From NCBI GenBank assembly GCA_951804945.1, contig OX638154.1, positions 49,104,001 through 49,168,000 of the forward strand: 64,000 nt of DNA. Reading direction: 5' to 3'. The position numbers and the translations under genes are program-made. Below are positions 1-13,046 of this stretch, piece after piece (position 1 is the first letter of the stretch; every line of letters starts with the position of its first letter). Source of the DNA: Podarcis cretensis. Lineage: Eukaryota. A model generated the notes under the pieces. It worked only from the letters and a program-made list of their open reading frames with translations, made no database searches and was not told where the DNA came from.

Positions 1-228
1 TATTTCTGCAGGAAGGTGGATTATAAAATACTTGAAAAGTACCCCAACTTCAGAGCCTTCCTGTATGTGCAAGACTGTCATTACAGGCAGAAGGCTTGAG
101 ATGACTGAAGTATACTGTGATGATTATGCCCCTTAATTGGGATGTGCATAGGGCGACTGTCTTCCACCCCAGTCCATGTGCTCTTCAGCCCTTCCTACTG
201 GTGTTTTCATTCATTTCTGTCTCCAAAG

Positions 229-418
229 GGTAAGCGTGTCATTGGAGAGGATGGCTCTGAAGGCTACAGTGACCTGTTCCAGGAGAATGCCATGCTGCAG
301 AAGGAGAACACCACTTTGCGTATGCGTGTGAAAGCCATGCAAGAAGCTATTGATGCCATCAACGTCCGTGTTACACACTTGATGAGCCAAGAAGCCAACT
401 TGATTCTTGCCAAGGCAG
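229..418 (+). CDS. KIF21B: KIF21B coding exon (GKRVIGEDG...LILAKA)
   Basis: AAG acceptor at 226-228, donor GTGAGG at 419; phase 0 to 1. Confidence 0.95.
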
Positions 419-729
419 GTGAGGCTGAGAGGGGCAACTGGTTGGGGTCTCTAGACCATTTCATTAGACAGCATACAAATGGCACTATATATTCCTTAAA
501 GTCACAAGAGAAAAATTGAGTTTACACATTTCAGGGTTGGTTTTATGAAGGACCAAACTGTGCATGATGTTAGTCATATGTTCAGTGAAGCATGCTTAGC
601 CTGGCTGCTTTTGTTTTCCATAGGAATTGGGCTTCTCTGATTTCTTTGGGATCTTGCTTGCTCTTGCCTAGCTTTCTCCATTATTGTTTGGAATTTAATT
701 TCTGTGTCTTTGCGTCATTGTTCTCCCAG

Positions 730-793
730 GTGATGGCAACGAGGCTATTGGTGCTCTGATTCAGAACTACATCCGGGAAATAGAGGAGCTCAG
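730..793 (+). CDS. KIF21B: KIF21B coding exon ([20 protein letters not shown])
   Basis: ttctcccAG acceptor, GTAAGA donor; not in the ORF track. Confidence 0.95.
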
Positions 794-2337
794 GTAAGAC
801 GGAGTGGTCCTCTGGATTCCCCCACCCACTTTTATTCTTTTTGCAAGTGGCCATACCTTCGTGAAAGAGAAAAATATCTAACTTCTAAACTGGTGACTAT
901 TAAAGTAGCTATAAGCCAGTATTTTCACCCCTGTGGCTTCTTGCCCTTTGTGTACTGTAATCTTCAAATTATGAGCACTTTAGGATCAGAAACAACCCTT
1001 TGCGAATAATAAGAGAACCCATACAAGTGATGCTGACACAAAACCCCACACATACACTAAGGAGAAGAATAGAAGCATTGCCCACCCCACCCCACTCACC
1101 ACCCCCTCTCCTCCTCTTTTCCCCTCTTTTCTTCCCAAGCTAATACTGCATGCAACACTAATGTCTCACAACAAATGAAACTGATCTGTAGAAAACACAA
1201 CTTAAAAAAGAGACAATGCACGTATTTTTGTAAACTAAGAAATTTTTAATAATAATAATAAAAAAGAAACAACCCTTTGATATAAAAGACTTGTGGTACT
1301 TATAAATTCACTTGTGCCCTCCCAAGGTGTGGGCATTGTAAACAAAGGTGCCTTAAATAACCTCTTTGTCTGCAGTGGTGGCTTTCACAGCCACACAAAG
1401 GCAATAAAGTTGAGAGCAGCAGTTGCAGGTCCCACATGCACATTAACTTGCAGCAGTATGCCACAGATGCAGGAACAAACAGCTGAAGCTGCCACAAGTA
1501 CACAAGCATGCAGCAGCATGAGCCCCCTGCTGGCCAGGCATGCAATAGGAGTGATACAGGGATGCAGAGAGCCAAGCATGTTGCTGGGGGAATAGAAGCA
1601 GATGCAAGTGATATGGTAGTGGAATATTCTGCTTCAGAATGTCAAAGAATCATATTAGTAGCATGACTTCCTTGATTTTCTGATGTTCTGACTAACAGAA
1701 TTTAGGATATCAAAATTTGCATTTGATAAGTACAAATGGCTCCAGTTGACAGTGTCACTCCATGATCTTCCCAGCCCCTTGCACTTGGGCTTCTTTTTTT
1801 TACTGGAGATGCCAAGAGTTGAATTTCGGGTCTTCTTCATTGCAAAGCATGTGTTCTACCACAGAGCAATGGCCCCTTCCCTTTATCTGAGATAACTGCT
1901 TTGTAGACATCATGAGGAAGGAGTGTGTGTCCCCCAGCACTCCATCTTCTTTCCCCCCTCACATCAAGAATTATCTTAACTAGCAAGTTTCTCAGGTCCC
2001 CCCCCACTCCCCCAAGTGTTTCCCCCCTCAGATTTTCTTTTCTTCTGAGTCAAGAGATTAAACATTATACTGCCTTTTGGGTCCTGCTCATTCCTGTTAA
2101 TGAAGCTGTGTGCTGTCAAGAGTTAAGAGCTGAGCATCCTCCCTTATGGTCTTTTTGAGTCCCTTACTCAATTGCATGTCAATGAGGGCATCAGATGGAC
2201 TTATATCCATGTGATTCTGGGCTAGCAGATACTCTCCTCCCCACAGTTCCCATAGGAATCTGTCTCTGTCTTCGTGTCAGCACTTCAGTATATAATGGAC
2301 ACTATGAGGTGACTGCTATCTCTTGTCTTCTTTGTAG

Positions 2338-2559
2338 GACAAAGCTCTTGGAGAGCGAAGCTATGAATGAATCACTGCGTCGTGGTCTATCACGAGTTTC
2401 CTCTAGGCTTCCTTATTCCCTGAGCTTATCTTCATCTCCTGGGTTGGGAGCTTCAAATAGCCCTGTCTCCTCTGTGCAAGCTGAGGCCTCAGAGGTCATC
2501 CAGTGGGCCAAGCAAGATATAGAACGGTTGAAGAAGGAGACTAAGCTGCGAAGGAAAAG
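2338..2559 (+). CDS. KIF21B: KIF21B coding exon ([15 protein letters not shown]...KLRRK)
   Basis: tttgtAG acceptor, GTAAAA donor; inside ORF 2195..2563. Confidence 0.95.
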
Positions 2560-3046
2560 GTAAAATGGGTTCCTCTGTCTTGCATCAGCTCAGGATCCTT
2601 CTACTCTAATTAGGCTGCTGGGCCTTCAGAACTTTTTAGAAGTATCAAAATATATTTGTTTTCCATCATTCTCACTCTATGAGACTCTTGTAATGCAGCT
2701 CTCATGATCTACAATACAACACCCTTTTCTGTGTTGAGCTTTGATTTTCCCTTCTGTATTGCAAGGATGGTAAATACTTGCTGTCTTGCAGAAAGCTTTG
2801 TGAGAGTGACTGCAGGCAAAGAGCTTAGCCAAAAAACACAGAAGAGGCAAATGATTGTGTTTCCAATGGAAATGTCCCCTTCCCATTAGTTATGCAGATG
2901 AAATGTTTTGTTTTGATTTGTTGTAATTGGAGTGGTGTTTGTTTTCTTAGCTGCCCTGATGGCCTGTTTTTGTGACTCTGCAGTCTGGAATAAAAATGAA
3001 TGATTTAGAAACAGATGTTCATGTAAAACTGCCTTCTTTTCTGCAG

Positions 3047-3131
3047 CCCAGAGAAAGAAGGGTTTAAGAAGAGGTTGAGGATGCAGCAGGGAAATGAGGC
3101 GGATGAGACAGATGAGAACGAAGTGGAAGAG
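3047..3131 (+). CDS. KIF21B: KIF21B coding exon (PEKEGFKKR...ENEVEE)
   Basis: ttttctgcAG acceptor, GTAAGA donor; phase fits both neighbours. Confidence 0.93.
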
Positions 3132-4279
3132 GTAAGAGATCTTGCCCTTCTCTTGCATACAACTTCTGTGTTCTTTTGAGCAATTATTAAGGGTGTGAAA
3201 TTCACTGCTAGCCTTTGGTGGCATCAGGATGAGTCCTGTGGCAATCTTTCAGCATAATGAGAAACTGGCCGTAAAGGACATCTCAAGTGCTATTCCCTTC
3301 AGCCAGATTTAACATCTGCTTCAAACATTTCCTGACCTCAGCAATTGCCATACTAATTCCTTAGGCTCCTGAGTCTCAATAAAATATCTCCTGCCATCTC
3401 CTCTGAGAAATGCAAGCTTCTCTTTAATCCAACGCCCTTGGATAAATGGAGCAGAATAGGCTGACAAATAGGTGTGTTTTTTAAGTAGGTGAAGTATGTC
3501 TTGCTTTTCTGTCTCAAAACATGAATGTCTCTGTGGGATGCCATTGGATTCTTAAAAGCCTGGGGCTGTGCACATTACAAAATGGAAACATTCTTTGATT
3601 TAAATAAAGTTAAATAAATTGGTTAAAACTGACAAACTTGTTTATTTTTGGAGGAAATAACAGTGCACTGCTAAAGGCATAATTTTGACTGTGCACAGTC
3701 ATTACATTATTTCTGCACTGATTCTTGTTTTGGGGGCAGGGGTTTGTTATATTGATATATTTAAGATGAACATTTGGGAATGCAGTAGGCCCACTGTGTA
3801 CACTGGGATTACATTCTAGGGTCCTTGCTTTGAAGAGCAGAGTTGAAAGACAAAGGCTTGGAAGTTAGTAGAATGAATGGCCAGGTAAAATGCAGCATGG
3901 TTTGATTGAGTTGTTGGTGATGTGTGTTAGATCTTCTCTGCCTTCACTTCTCAACATCCGGCTTGATTTCTGAATCCATGTCCAGGACAATGGTAAACAC
4001 TGATCTTCTAGTGTTTTGCTAATTCGTCAACTAGAAGAACAGAAGGTTGGGTTCATGAAAGGAAGTATGAACTGTAAGAAGTAACATCCCCATGGTGCCT
4101 GTGTTCCTAAGCAGTGCAAAATTCATTGAATTAAGGATTGCCATAGGAACAAATTAGCGAACCAAGGAAAGCAGATTGCCATATGCAAGGAAAAGTTGGG
4201 CAGGGTTGGAACTGCAATGCCTTGGAACAAGCTGCATCACCACTCCCCTTTTTCTCATCACTGTACCTTCTGTTTTCAG

Positions 4280-4394
4280 GAGGAACGGGATGAGAGTGGC
4301 TGTGAGGAAGAAGGCGGCCAGGAGGAGGAAGAGGAAGATGATTCGGGAAGTGAAGAAAGCCTGGTGGATTCTGACTCGGATGTTGAAGAAAAGG
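4280..4394 (+). CDS. KIF21B: KIF21B acidic exon (EERDESGCEEE...DSDVEEK)
   Basis: ttttcAG acceptor, GTAAGC donor. Confidence 0.95.
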
Positions 4395-4746
4395 GTAAGC
4401 TACTGCAGCAAGTGTTGAAAGGCTGATGACTCTTAGTGGAGTCTCTGCAGGGATCTAGGTGAACACAACACACACAGTCTTCAGGATATATGGAGGGGAT
4501 GGCCTTCAAAATGTTGAATCCACAGCCCCCATGCTTTCCACCTGGAACTACTGTTGTAATCCTTTTAATAGCACAAAAAACATGCCTGTACATATGCTAG
4601 GCCTTTTCTCTTAGCATTCAATTCCATAAAAGGGATACAACTTATTCTAGTCTTTAGTGGAGGTTGTAATGAGTTTAGATACCACTGTCTTCAAGGTGGT
4701 GAAGGGTTTTTTGTTTTTTGTTTGTTTGTGTGTGTGTCTTATCTAG

Positions 4747-4938
4747 CAGCAAATTTCCAAGCTGATCTGGCTGACCTGACCTGTGAGATCGAGATCAAAC
4801 AGAAGCTAATAGATGAGCTGGAGAACAGCCAGCGGCGCCTGCAAACTCTGAAGCACCAGTATGAGGAGAAGCTGATTCTACTGCAGAACAAGATCCGTGA
4901 CACACAGCAAGAGAGGGATAGGGTCCTGCAAAACTTGA
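4747..4938 (+). CDS. KIF21B: KIF21B coding exon ([24 protein letters not shown]...VLQNL)
   Basis: TAGCAG tandem acceptor (start 4747 or 4750), GTAAGG donor. Confidence 0.95.
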
Positions 4939-5292
4939 GTAAGGGCATGCCGCTGGGGTAAAATTGGATTTTGACAGTTCAAACAGCATCTGTTTGCTGA
5001 TAATGAAAGATTTTGCATTTGGATTCTCAACTGAGGCTGTGATACAAGGGTGGAAAGATTGCTTAAGCAACATTTCTGTCCATACACTTAAAGTGTAACC
5101 AGTCACATTGGCACCGAGAACGGTCTGTCTGTACTTAAAATCTGCATCAGAGATGTGGAAGCTGTGGCCCCCTGGATACTGTTGGGACTCCAACTCCCAT
5201 CAGCCCCAGGCACCATGGCCAATTGGTCATGGATGATGGGAGTTGTAGTCCATCATTCCTGATCTACATACTTCCTTTGTTCTTTCCCTCAG

Positions 5293-5492
5293 GTTCCATG
5301 GAATGCTACACAGAAGAGAAGGCGAACAAGATCAAAGCAGATTATGAGAAGCGTCTAAGGGAGATGAACAGGGACCTGCAAAAGTTGCAGGCAGCCCAGA
5401 AGGAGCATGCCCGCCTCCTCAAGAACCAGTCGCGATATGAGCGAGAGTTGAAGAAGCTGAATGCAGAAGTGGCAGAGATGAAGAAAGCCAAG
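5293..5492 (+). CDS. KIF21B: KIF21B coding exon ([12 protein letters not shown]...EMKKAK)
   Basis: ccctcAG acceptor, GTACCT donor. Confidence 0.95.
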
Positions 5493-5681
5493 GTACCTTG
5501 CCTGGGAATTTGCAATTCTTCATTTGTTCAAGCAACAGGGCACCTTCTGGGTGTTTTGGATTCCCACCCTCAGCCCACCCAGCTTGGGCACCCAACTGGG
5601 GAAAGTGGCCCTAGATAGTCACTGGGGCAAGCCAGCTTCTCAGTTATTATGCTTGGCATTGAGTCTATTTGTGCCCTACAG

Positions 5682-5789
5682 GTGGCACTGATGAAACAAA
5701 TGCGTGAGGAGCAGCAGCGGCGCAGATTGGCAGAGACGAAAAGGAACCGGGAGATTGCCCAGCTGAAGAAGGAGCAGAGGAGGCAGGAG
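5682..5789 (+). CDS. KIF21B: KIF21B coding exon ([11 protein letters not shown]...EQRRQE)
   Basis: ctacAG acceptor, GTGGGC donor; 108 nt. Confidence 0.95.
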
Positions 5790-6295
5790 GTGGGCAAGAG
5801 CACCATTTATGGCTGCTCAAGCTTTGAGAAGCCTCTTCCTAGTAGAGCTTACAAAAACCCATAGACTGCTTGTGGACAGGAGAGGGGAAGACGCTCAGTA
5901 TAATCAGAGCAATCATGCAAAGCGAAGCTGTGATTTAATGCCTGCCTCACTTCAGCCGTCTTCACAAAAATAACTTGTGTGTCTACAAATACATAAGAAG
6001 AGGTCTCTTGGATCAGACCAGAGGACCATTTAGTGTGGCGTCCTGTGCTCACAGTGGCCAACGCAGTTGCCTATGGGAAGTCTACTAGCAGGACATGAGA
6101 GCAGCAGCATTCTCCCCTCTTGTGCTCCAAAGCAACTTGAGACCTATTGTGGTTTAGGAGGAGTTGGCTTCCTTCCATACATTCCTTTTACACCAGTACA
6201 CATTTGTCTCCATTTAAGTCAAGACTGACATCACTCCCATTGAGATCCTCTGCTTGTGGGTTTTGTTAATAACTTTTATCATGCTGTGCCTGCAG

Positions 6296-6364
6296 TTTCA
6301 GATTCGAGCTCTAGAATCTCAGAAGCGGCAGCAGGAGATTGTACTTCGCAGGAAAACCCAAGAG
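6296..6364 (+). CDS. KIF21B: KIF21B coding exon (FQIRALESQKRQQEIVLRRKTQE)
   Basis: ctgcAG acceptor, GTGAGT donor; 69 nt. Confidence 0.95.
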
Positions 6365-6927
6365 GTGAGTGGTGACCTTCTTGCTCACAAGGAAGGCAAG
6401 TCTTTAGTTTCCTCTAAAAATACACTCACCTTGGCTTTTGCTGTATTAAAAGCCTCTCACTGTCATCCAGAAAGGATTGTGGATATTTTTGGTGGGTGTG
6501 CTTTTACCTGTCATAAGCACTCACTCAGACTGGAGACATGAATGAACCAGACAAGGAATATATTTCCCACTCAGGAATTCTTTACATGGAACAGCGTATG
6601 ATGGACGAACTATTTCTTTTCTTAAAAATAATTCCAAAATACAAAGGCAAATGTAATACCTTGCCTGGACAAAAACAACCTATCCCTCCACTAGAAAAAA
6701 ACCCTGGCAAAGCTACAATTTTCCTCATATATCACAGAAAAGATAGGACACAGCCGGATGATCCAACAGAAAGAATTTGCATCCAAAATTCTTTTGAGCT
6801 ATTGTGGGTTACACAATTTCTCTCTCTCCCTTTAGGATGCCCACTCTCTTTTTATCCAGAACAACTGGGCATCATACCTGCTGCATCACACATGGCTTAG
6901 TGTGTGATAGCCAAAATGGTTCTTTGA

Positions 6928-7163
6928 GAGCCAGTGTGGTGTAGTGGTTAAGAGCGGTAGTCACGTAATCTGGGGAACCGGGTTCGCGTCTCTGCTCCTC
7001 CACATGCAGCTGCTGGGTGACCTTGGGCTAGTCACACTTCTTTGAAGTCTCTCAGCCCCATTCACCTCACAGAGTGTTTGTTGTGGGGGAGGAAGGGAAA
7101 GGAGAATGTTAGCCGCTTTGAGACTCCTGAAGGGGAGTGAAAGGCGGGATATCAAATCCAAAC
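6928..7163 (+). mobile_element. tRNA-derived squamate SINE (Squam3-like), young copy
   Basis: A box (TGGTGTAGTGG), B box (GGTTCGCGTC), microsatellite tail; 4 mismatches versus the copy at 19637. Confidence 0.85.
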
Positions 7164-7230
7164 AACAACAACTCTTCTTCTTCTTCTTCTTCTTCTTCTT
7201 CTTCTTCTTCTTCTTCTTCTTCTTCTTCTT
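7161..7230. repeat. (AAC)4 + (CTT)19 microsatellite forming the SINE tail
   Basis: read directly. Confidence 0.95.
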
Positions 7231-7511
7231 CGTTTTGTTACTTATTTAAGCTCATATGTAGGTAACTTGTTGCATTTTTCTCATTCTGCCATGAATGCCC
7301 AATGTTACTGGGAACATCTGTAAAAACAGCTGATACTGTGAGCAGACACTTTGCACTTAGGCATGAATAGAGACTAGGGTTGAGGCTGGAGACTGAGCAG
7401 CTAACGCTTTGAAGATATTTTCACATAGCAGCCCTGCTTAAGACTGTATCTGTCTGTTATCACCTCTATATTTTCCATTCTTCTAGACTGCTTTGTTGTG
7501 TTGTTGTCTAG

Positions 7512-7741
7512 GTCTCTGCTCTGCGCCGTCTGGCAAAACCTATGTCTGATCGGGTTGCTGGAAGAATGAATCAGAAGCAAACCATGCTGGACTCGGGTGT
7601 AGAGGTCTCCACCAGCACCACCTCCTCCGAGCCAGAATCTAGTTCTCGTTCTGTCTCCAGCATTGTGCGCCAATGGAATCGGAAAATCAACACCTTTCTG
7701 GGAGACCCTCCTTCTTCCACAAATGGGACTCGAACTGTCAG
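7512..7741 (+). CDS. KIF21B: KIF21B coding exon ([14 protein letters not shown]...NGTRTV)
   Basis: gtctAG acceptor, GTAAGA donor. Confidence 0.95.
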
Positions 7742-8112
7742 GTAAGACACTGGCCCAGTTAGCAGTTGTCTAGGTAAGTCAGACTGACCTAGGTGTCTAA
7801 AACCATCTGATATAGATTCCTTTGAGGCCTGTCTTGACATCTAATCCACTGGCTTCTATGTGCCTTCCTTTACTTGGCAGCATTCAGAGCAGCTCCCATT
7901 TCCATCCACCCAGTATGCTTGGGTAGGAATGACCCAGAATATTTAGCACGGGGATGAGGATCCTTCCAGATATTGCTGGACTCCAACTTTGCCATTTTGC
8001 TATGACTGATGCAAGGTGGAGCCCAGCAACATCTGGGAGCCTTTCCATCTCTGGTTTTGGATAATTCTAAGATCATGCTGTTCAGTTTTTCATACATGAC
8101 TTCCATCTGCAG

Positions 8113-8260
8113 GAAGAAGTTCGCAAAGAAAGGGGCAAACCAGACCTTTAGTAAGACAGCCCGCATGAAGTGGCAGTCTCTGGAGCGCCGTGTCTTTGAC
8201 ATTGTCATGCAGAGGATGACCATCATCAATCTGGAGTCGGATATGGAGCGACTCATCAAG
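8113..8260 (+). CDS. KIF21B: KIF21B coding exon (KKFAKKG...WQSLERR...DMERLIK), start of regulatory coiled coil
   Basis: ctgcAG acceptor, GTGATG donor. Confidence 0.95.
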
Positions 8261-8382
8261 GTGATGAAAAGTGGCTGTTTCTCACTGGAGCAGAAGGCGA
8301 AGGGCCTGGGAAGAGAGCCAGAGAAGGGGCTGCACAACATTGGCAAAGAGGAAACATTCTGCCTTCTCTTCCCCATTTTCAG

Positions 8383-8577
8383 AAACGTGAGGAGCTGTCA
8401 CTGATGCAGGAGATGCTTCTGGGGAAGAGGGAGAAGCTGCAGACAGAGAACCCTGAAGAGCAGAAGGGGCTGCAGGAGCTGAATGAGGAGATTGAGGTGC
8501 TGGCAGCCAACATTGACTACATCAACGACGGCATTTCTGACTGCCAGGCCACCATCATGCAACTTGAAGAGACCAAG
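8383..8577 (+). CDS. KIF21B: KIF21B coding exon ([10 protein letters not shown]...IMQLEETK), regulatory coiled coil
   Basis: ttttcAG acceptor, GTGCGT donor; 195 nt. Confidence 0.95.
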
Positions 8578-9556
8578 GTGCGTCTGATCTATCCATGATG
8601 CAAGCAGTTTGGGAGGGTAGAATGCTGTTGGACCTGGACCCGGTGATGAGCTGAGGTCGGCTGGCTGAGCTCTTGTGTAGATCAGTTACAGTGGATGGAT
8701 CAGGAAGCACTATGTCTTCTGATCTTACCTTAATGAGTTAAAATCTTGTTTCATTTTCCCAGGCCACTTTAGTTTTGAGTGGGCTGTTTCAGTCTGTTAC
8801 TGCTTCCTTAAAAGGGGTGGGCTGGGGGAATATAAGACGCAGAGACTGGGAAGTTAACTTGTAGAGTATGGAAAGTCCTGGGTCTCTGCTATTTCCTCTG
8901 AGGAACTGCTATTTCTCTCCCCCTCCCCCTTACTTGGTATGTTCCTTTCCCGAACACACAATAAACGGTCGTGTATCAGTTCCTTTCAAAAGCATAAAAT
9001 AGCAGTCCAAACAAATGGTTTTGTATCAGTGATACTAACATTATAACATTTTAAATTCTTAACAAAATAGTATCAATCCGTTATTAAGAGTTCTGAGAAT
9101 TTGGCAATTGTGTGAAAGTCTCAGCATCCTAAGTGAACTTGCTGGTCTGTAGACATCTCAAACAAAGGCTTCTGATTGGCCTATAACAGCTTCCACAGCC
9201 TGGTGCCCTCCAGGTGTTTTGGACTCCTGATGCCCTTCAGCCAGGGCCAGCATGCCCAATGGTCAGGGGTGATGATGTGAGTCATAGTTCAAAAATATCT
9301 GAAAGGCACCACATTTGGGGAAGGCCACTCTGTAGTGCATATGATTTGAGTTCAGGGGCTGGAGCGAGTTGATAATATGAAACTGACTACTACTTTTATG
9401 CACAAATCTGCTGGATGGGTCTCTTGCAAAGCCACTTAGCCTGTGGAGCTAAATCTTTAGCAAAGGAACCAGTCCAACTGCTGGCATGGGTAGCAAACTG
9501 CAACTGCCCTTTCCCAGGCTTTCTCATTCTGTTGTTTTCCTCCTCTGGGTCTCTAG

Positions 9557-9658
9557 GAAGAACTGGATTCCACAGACACCTCTGTGGTGATCAGCTCCTG
9601 CTCCTTGGCTGAGGCACGGCTTCTGTTGGACAATTTCCTCAAGGCATCCATAGACAAG
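9557..9658 (+). CDS. KIF21B: KIF21B coding exon ([11 protein letters not shown]...KASIDK)
   Basis: ctctAG acceptor, GTAAGT donor. Confidence 0.95.
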
Positions 9659-9934
9659 GTAAGTTATTATTTTTTAAAAGCAGCCTTTCTCTCTCATGCA
9701 GACCAGAGATCTGATAGCCACATCTTGCTTTGCAACTATTCAGTAGCAAGTTGGTCTGTTCAAAGACCCCAAGTAGACGGATCAGTCCTGATGGACAAGG
9801 TTAATGAACTTCTTCAAATAGTTTTGCTTTAGAATGGAGTGAGGGAGACAGATGTGTTTCACTAGGGAGGGCATTCCACAAGTGGGAAAGCTGCCGCTGA
9901 GCTTGTGCCTAATCCTCCAATCTTTGCAAAACAG

Positions 9935-10100
9935 AGCCTGCAGGTAGCCCAGAAGGAAGCCCAGATCCGCCTGCTGGAAGGCCGCTTGAGACAAACAGAT
10001 GTGACTGGCTCCTCTCAGAACCACCACATCCTGGATGCCTTGCGGGAAAAGGCAGAATCCCACCCTGAGCTACAGGCGCTCATCCACAACGTGCAGCAAG
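9935..10100 (+). CDS. KIF21B: KIF21B coding exon ([18 protein letters not shown]...HNVQQ)
   Basis: aaacAG acceptor, GTGGGA donor. Confidence 0.94.
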
Positions 10101-10292
10101 GTGGGAGTTTGGAGTAGCTTTTGCTTCTTTGAGATAGAATCGTGTTCACTTAGAAATCCTCTTTTTCGCTTACCCTCATTCATGGCCTGGGTCAGAGGGA
10201 AACAGGGGTATGTTTTGGTCCAACACCAGAGCTAAGTACCCATGTGCTAGTGGATGCGCTCTACCTGGTTTTTGTTTTATCCTTTTGCACAG

Positions 10293-10353
10293 AGAATGGC
10301 TATGCCAGCACAGATGAAGAAGTTTCTGAATTCAGCATGGCCTCAGAGGGGAG
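10293..10353 (+). CDS. KIF21B: KIF21B coding exon (NGYASTDEEVSEFSMASEG)
   Basis: gcacAG acceptor, GTGAGT donor. Confidence 0.93.
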
Positions 10354-10697
10354 GTGAGTTGTGGACCCAGAGAGACCGCAGGGCACAGGTTGAGTGTTTT
10401 CCACCTGTTTTCCCTTTGGGCTGTGGTGGGCTTTAAAAGGTGGGCAGGGTGTAAATTCCATGTGGTGACCAATGTAGCCACCATTCAAAGTCAGCTTTGA
10501 GTATGAAAGAAACCCCTACATGGTTCTTTTCTGTAAAATTCTGGAATTAAGCTAGAAAACCTGTGGTGCAAGAATGAAGTGGGCTCCTGAGTTAAGGACT
10601 GAAATTCTGCTGGGATGGAGAGTCTCTTAGTTAGTTTGCACCTCTGTAGTTCTTACTGAAAATATGTGTGCACAAAACTCTCCCTGTGTCCCTGCAG

Positions 10698-10755
10698 CTT
10701 TTCCCAGTCTTTCTCCATGAAGGGCTCTGCCAGCCAGGATGACTTCAAGTGCAGG
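10698..10755 (+). CDS. KIF21B: KIF21B coding exon (FSQSFSMKGSASQDDFKCR)
   Basis: cctgcAG acceptor, GTAAGT donor. Confidence 0.93.
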
Positions 10756-11708
10756 GTAAGTTTCAAAGTTTGAGTCTGGCAAACACTTCCAATTCTTCTT
10801 GTTGTTGTTATATGTTTTCATTATGGAAATTTCCTGGGAAGATGCTTAGCAGATCCATCCAGAACTAACAAAAGCTTCAAATAGCGAGGAAGGAGTTTAA
10901 GATTTTCACCAACCTAAACAATGGTCAGTGACAGGAAAATGTTGACAACGTTGTAGGATATCCTGGACATTTTTGTACAGAAATGCTTTTTCTTGTTGAA
11001 GGTGCCCCATGTGGTCAGATTTATGTTTGGCTATATTTGTTTATATATGTTTGTTTTTAAAGCGGAACATGGCACTTTGACCTTGCCACGTTCTTATTCT
11101 GTAGCTTTCCGAATAGTGGGGAGCCCCCGGCGGATATATGCACCATTTTTTCATCTTCCCTACATTTCACTGAGGCCAAGTTATGGTATTTGTACTGCAT
11201 TTTGGCAGCTAGCCGTGGTGCTGTACATCCAGATGGTGATTCTTAAGCTTTGGCCCTCCTCCAGTGAATCGGCAATGAAATTAAAACAAAGCCCTGGACT
11301 GATGTGTGTTATGTCTCTGTCTGTCCTAGCCATGGCTCTGTTGAATAAGCCTTTTATCCAGAGAAAACAATTGGCCCCAGACTGGCCTACTTGAATTTTA
11401 GTGGGATGGAGGGGGTGGGGGCCACAGGAACTTCATTAGGTCTCTTCTGAATGACCAGCAATTGCTTCTCAGTGGTAGGTGGTGCGTTCTGTTTTTGTCC
11501 ATGTTAAGTTCAGAACGAAGTGGGAAGGTCTTGGAAGGCTGCTTGGGATATTTGCAGGGGTTTCTGAGATTGAGGTGACCAAGAAATGCTAGCCTTCCCA
11601 GGCTGAATTTGAGCACCAGCTACAGTGGCAACTGGGGAATAGCTCCCGCGTTGCCCTGCCATCTGCTGCTCCTTAGTTTGCTTTGTGTTTTCTGGGGCTT
11701 TGTTTTAG

Positions 11709-11914
11709 GGGGAGCCCAAGCTGTCTGGCCAGATGAAAGCTGTGTCTGCAGAGTGTCTAGGGCCCACATTGGACATCTCCACCAAGAACATCACCAAGTC
11801 GTTGGCATCCCTCATGGAGATCAAAGAGGATGGGATTGGCTTCTCCATCCGTGATCCTTACTACAAGGAGAAGGTCTCCCGCACCATCAGCCTGCCCATC
11901 CGAGGGAGTACATT
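11709..11914 (+). CDS. KIF21B: KIF21B coding exon ([17 protein letters not shown]...PIRGST)
   Basis: ttttAG acceptor, GTAAGC donor. Confidence 0.94.
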
Positions 11915-12847
11915 GTAAGCCATGGTAGCCTACTTGGTGATCTGTGTATGGATCGTGTTGGGGAAACTGTGGTGTAGGTGACTGCTGGCTTTGGGCGGTT
12001 GGATTTCTGCCATGATTTCTGCTCTACTTGAGGGTGAAGAGTTGGTGGGCAAAGGGAGAGCAACCAAGGTAAGAACAGAAAGTCATGCATTGTTCTGGGG
12101 TCAGAGTCAGTTTCCCTCTTCGCTGGCACAGTCTTCCATGGGGAGTAGCTGTGACACGGGCGACATCGGATCCCTCATTCTTGTGAAACTGTTCCCCAGG
12201 TCTTCTCCCCAGACCTATAAACTGGCAGCTTCAAGTACTCCTGGTTTACAAACTATAGTGAACAGCAAGAAAGACTTGAAAGGCAGGGACATCCCCTCTT
12301 TCCCCCAGATGCTGCTACTGCGGGTGGACAAACCTAGGTGGTGTGAACTGCATAGCCTTTACAGCCCACCATCAGCCAGGCAGGAACCAGGGCAGGCAGC
12401 TCCTGTGGACACCAAGAGTGCTGAAAATTGAAATAGTCCTCCCAGTCCCCAGAATGAGGGCCACTTAAGACCTTATGGAAACTCACTTGGTACAGCCCTC
12501 CCAAGAAGTGTACCATCTTGTAATGCACATAGAGAAACGTGTCCCAGAATGTGCTTCCACATCAAAATCTCTGCATACACACACAGCTGGCACGTGCAGT
12601 AAGAATGTTTTTATCCTAGCCTCCCTGTTGTGTTGCTTGGCACCTGCAAGGAGATTCTGATGTGGAGGAGCTTTCAAAGAAGGAATTCCCTGCATGTGAT
12701 GCAGGACTGTTCTGTGTGTCCTGGAGAATATTAGAATCTGCTATGAGAACCAGCTGGTCAAGACTTTGCTCCTCCCAGTTTCCATCAAAGCTGAGGGAGC
12801 CCAACTTTGGATAGGGTATTTACTAACCATGGCTGCCTCTCGTCTAG

Positions 12848-12922
12848 CCCTAGACAGTCCCGTGGTGCAGACACATCACCCCTCACCAGGAGGAAGTCAT
12901 ATGACCGGGGCCAGCCTATCAG
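12848..12922 (+). CDS. KIF21B: KIF21B coding exon ([24 protein letters not shown])
   Basis: gtctAG acceptor, GTGAGT donor; not in the ORF track. Confidence 0.93.
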
Positions 12923-13046
12923 GTGAGTGTGTGTGAGTGAGTGCAATTGGCAGCAGTTCTTACGCTTTGCTCATAATGCAGAAAATGAATTGTTGTGTGA
13001 TGCAGGATCTAACAGTGCTGCAAGATTATATAATTAGTGGAACCCA

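Noticed and set aside
8261-8382. Open frame through a 122-nt KIF21B intron (ORF 8009..8404), with a short match to the next exon (AGAAGGGGCTGCA)
   Set aside because: Intron length is not a multiple of 3 and retention gives a stop at 8402-8404; the match is too short to prove duplication.
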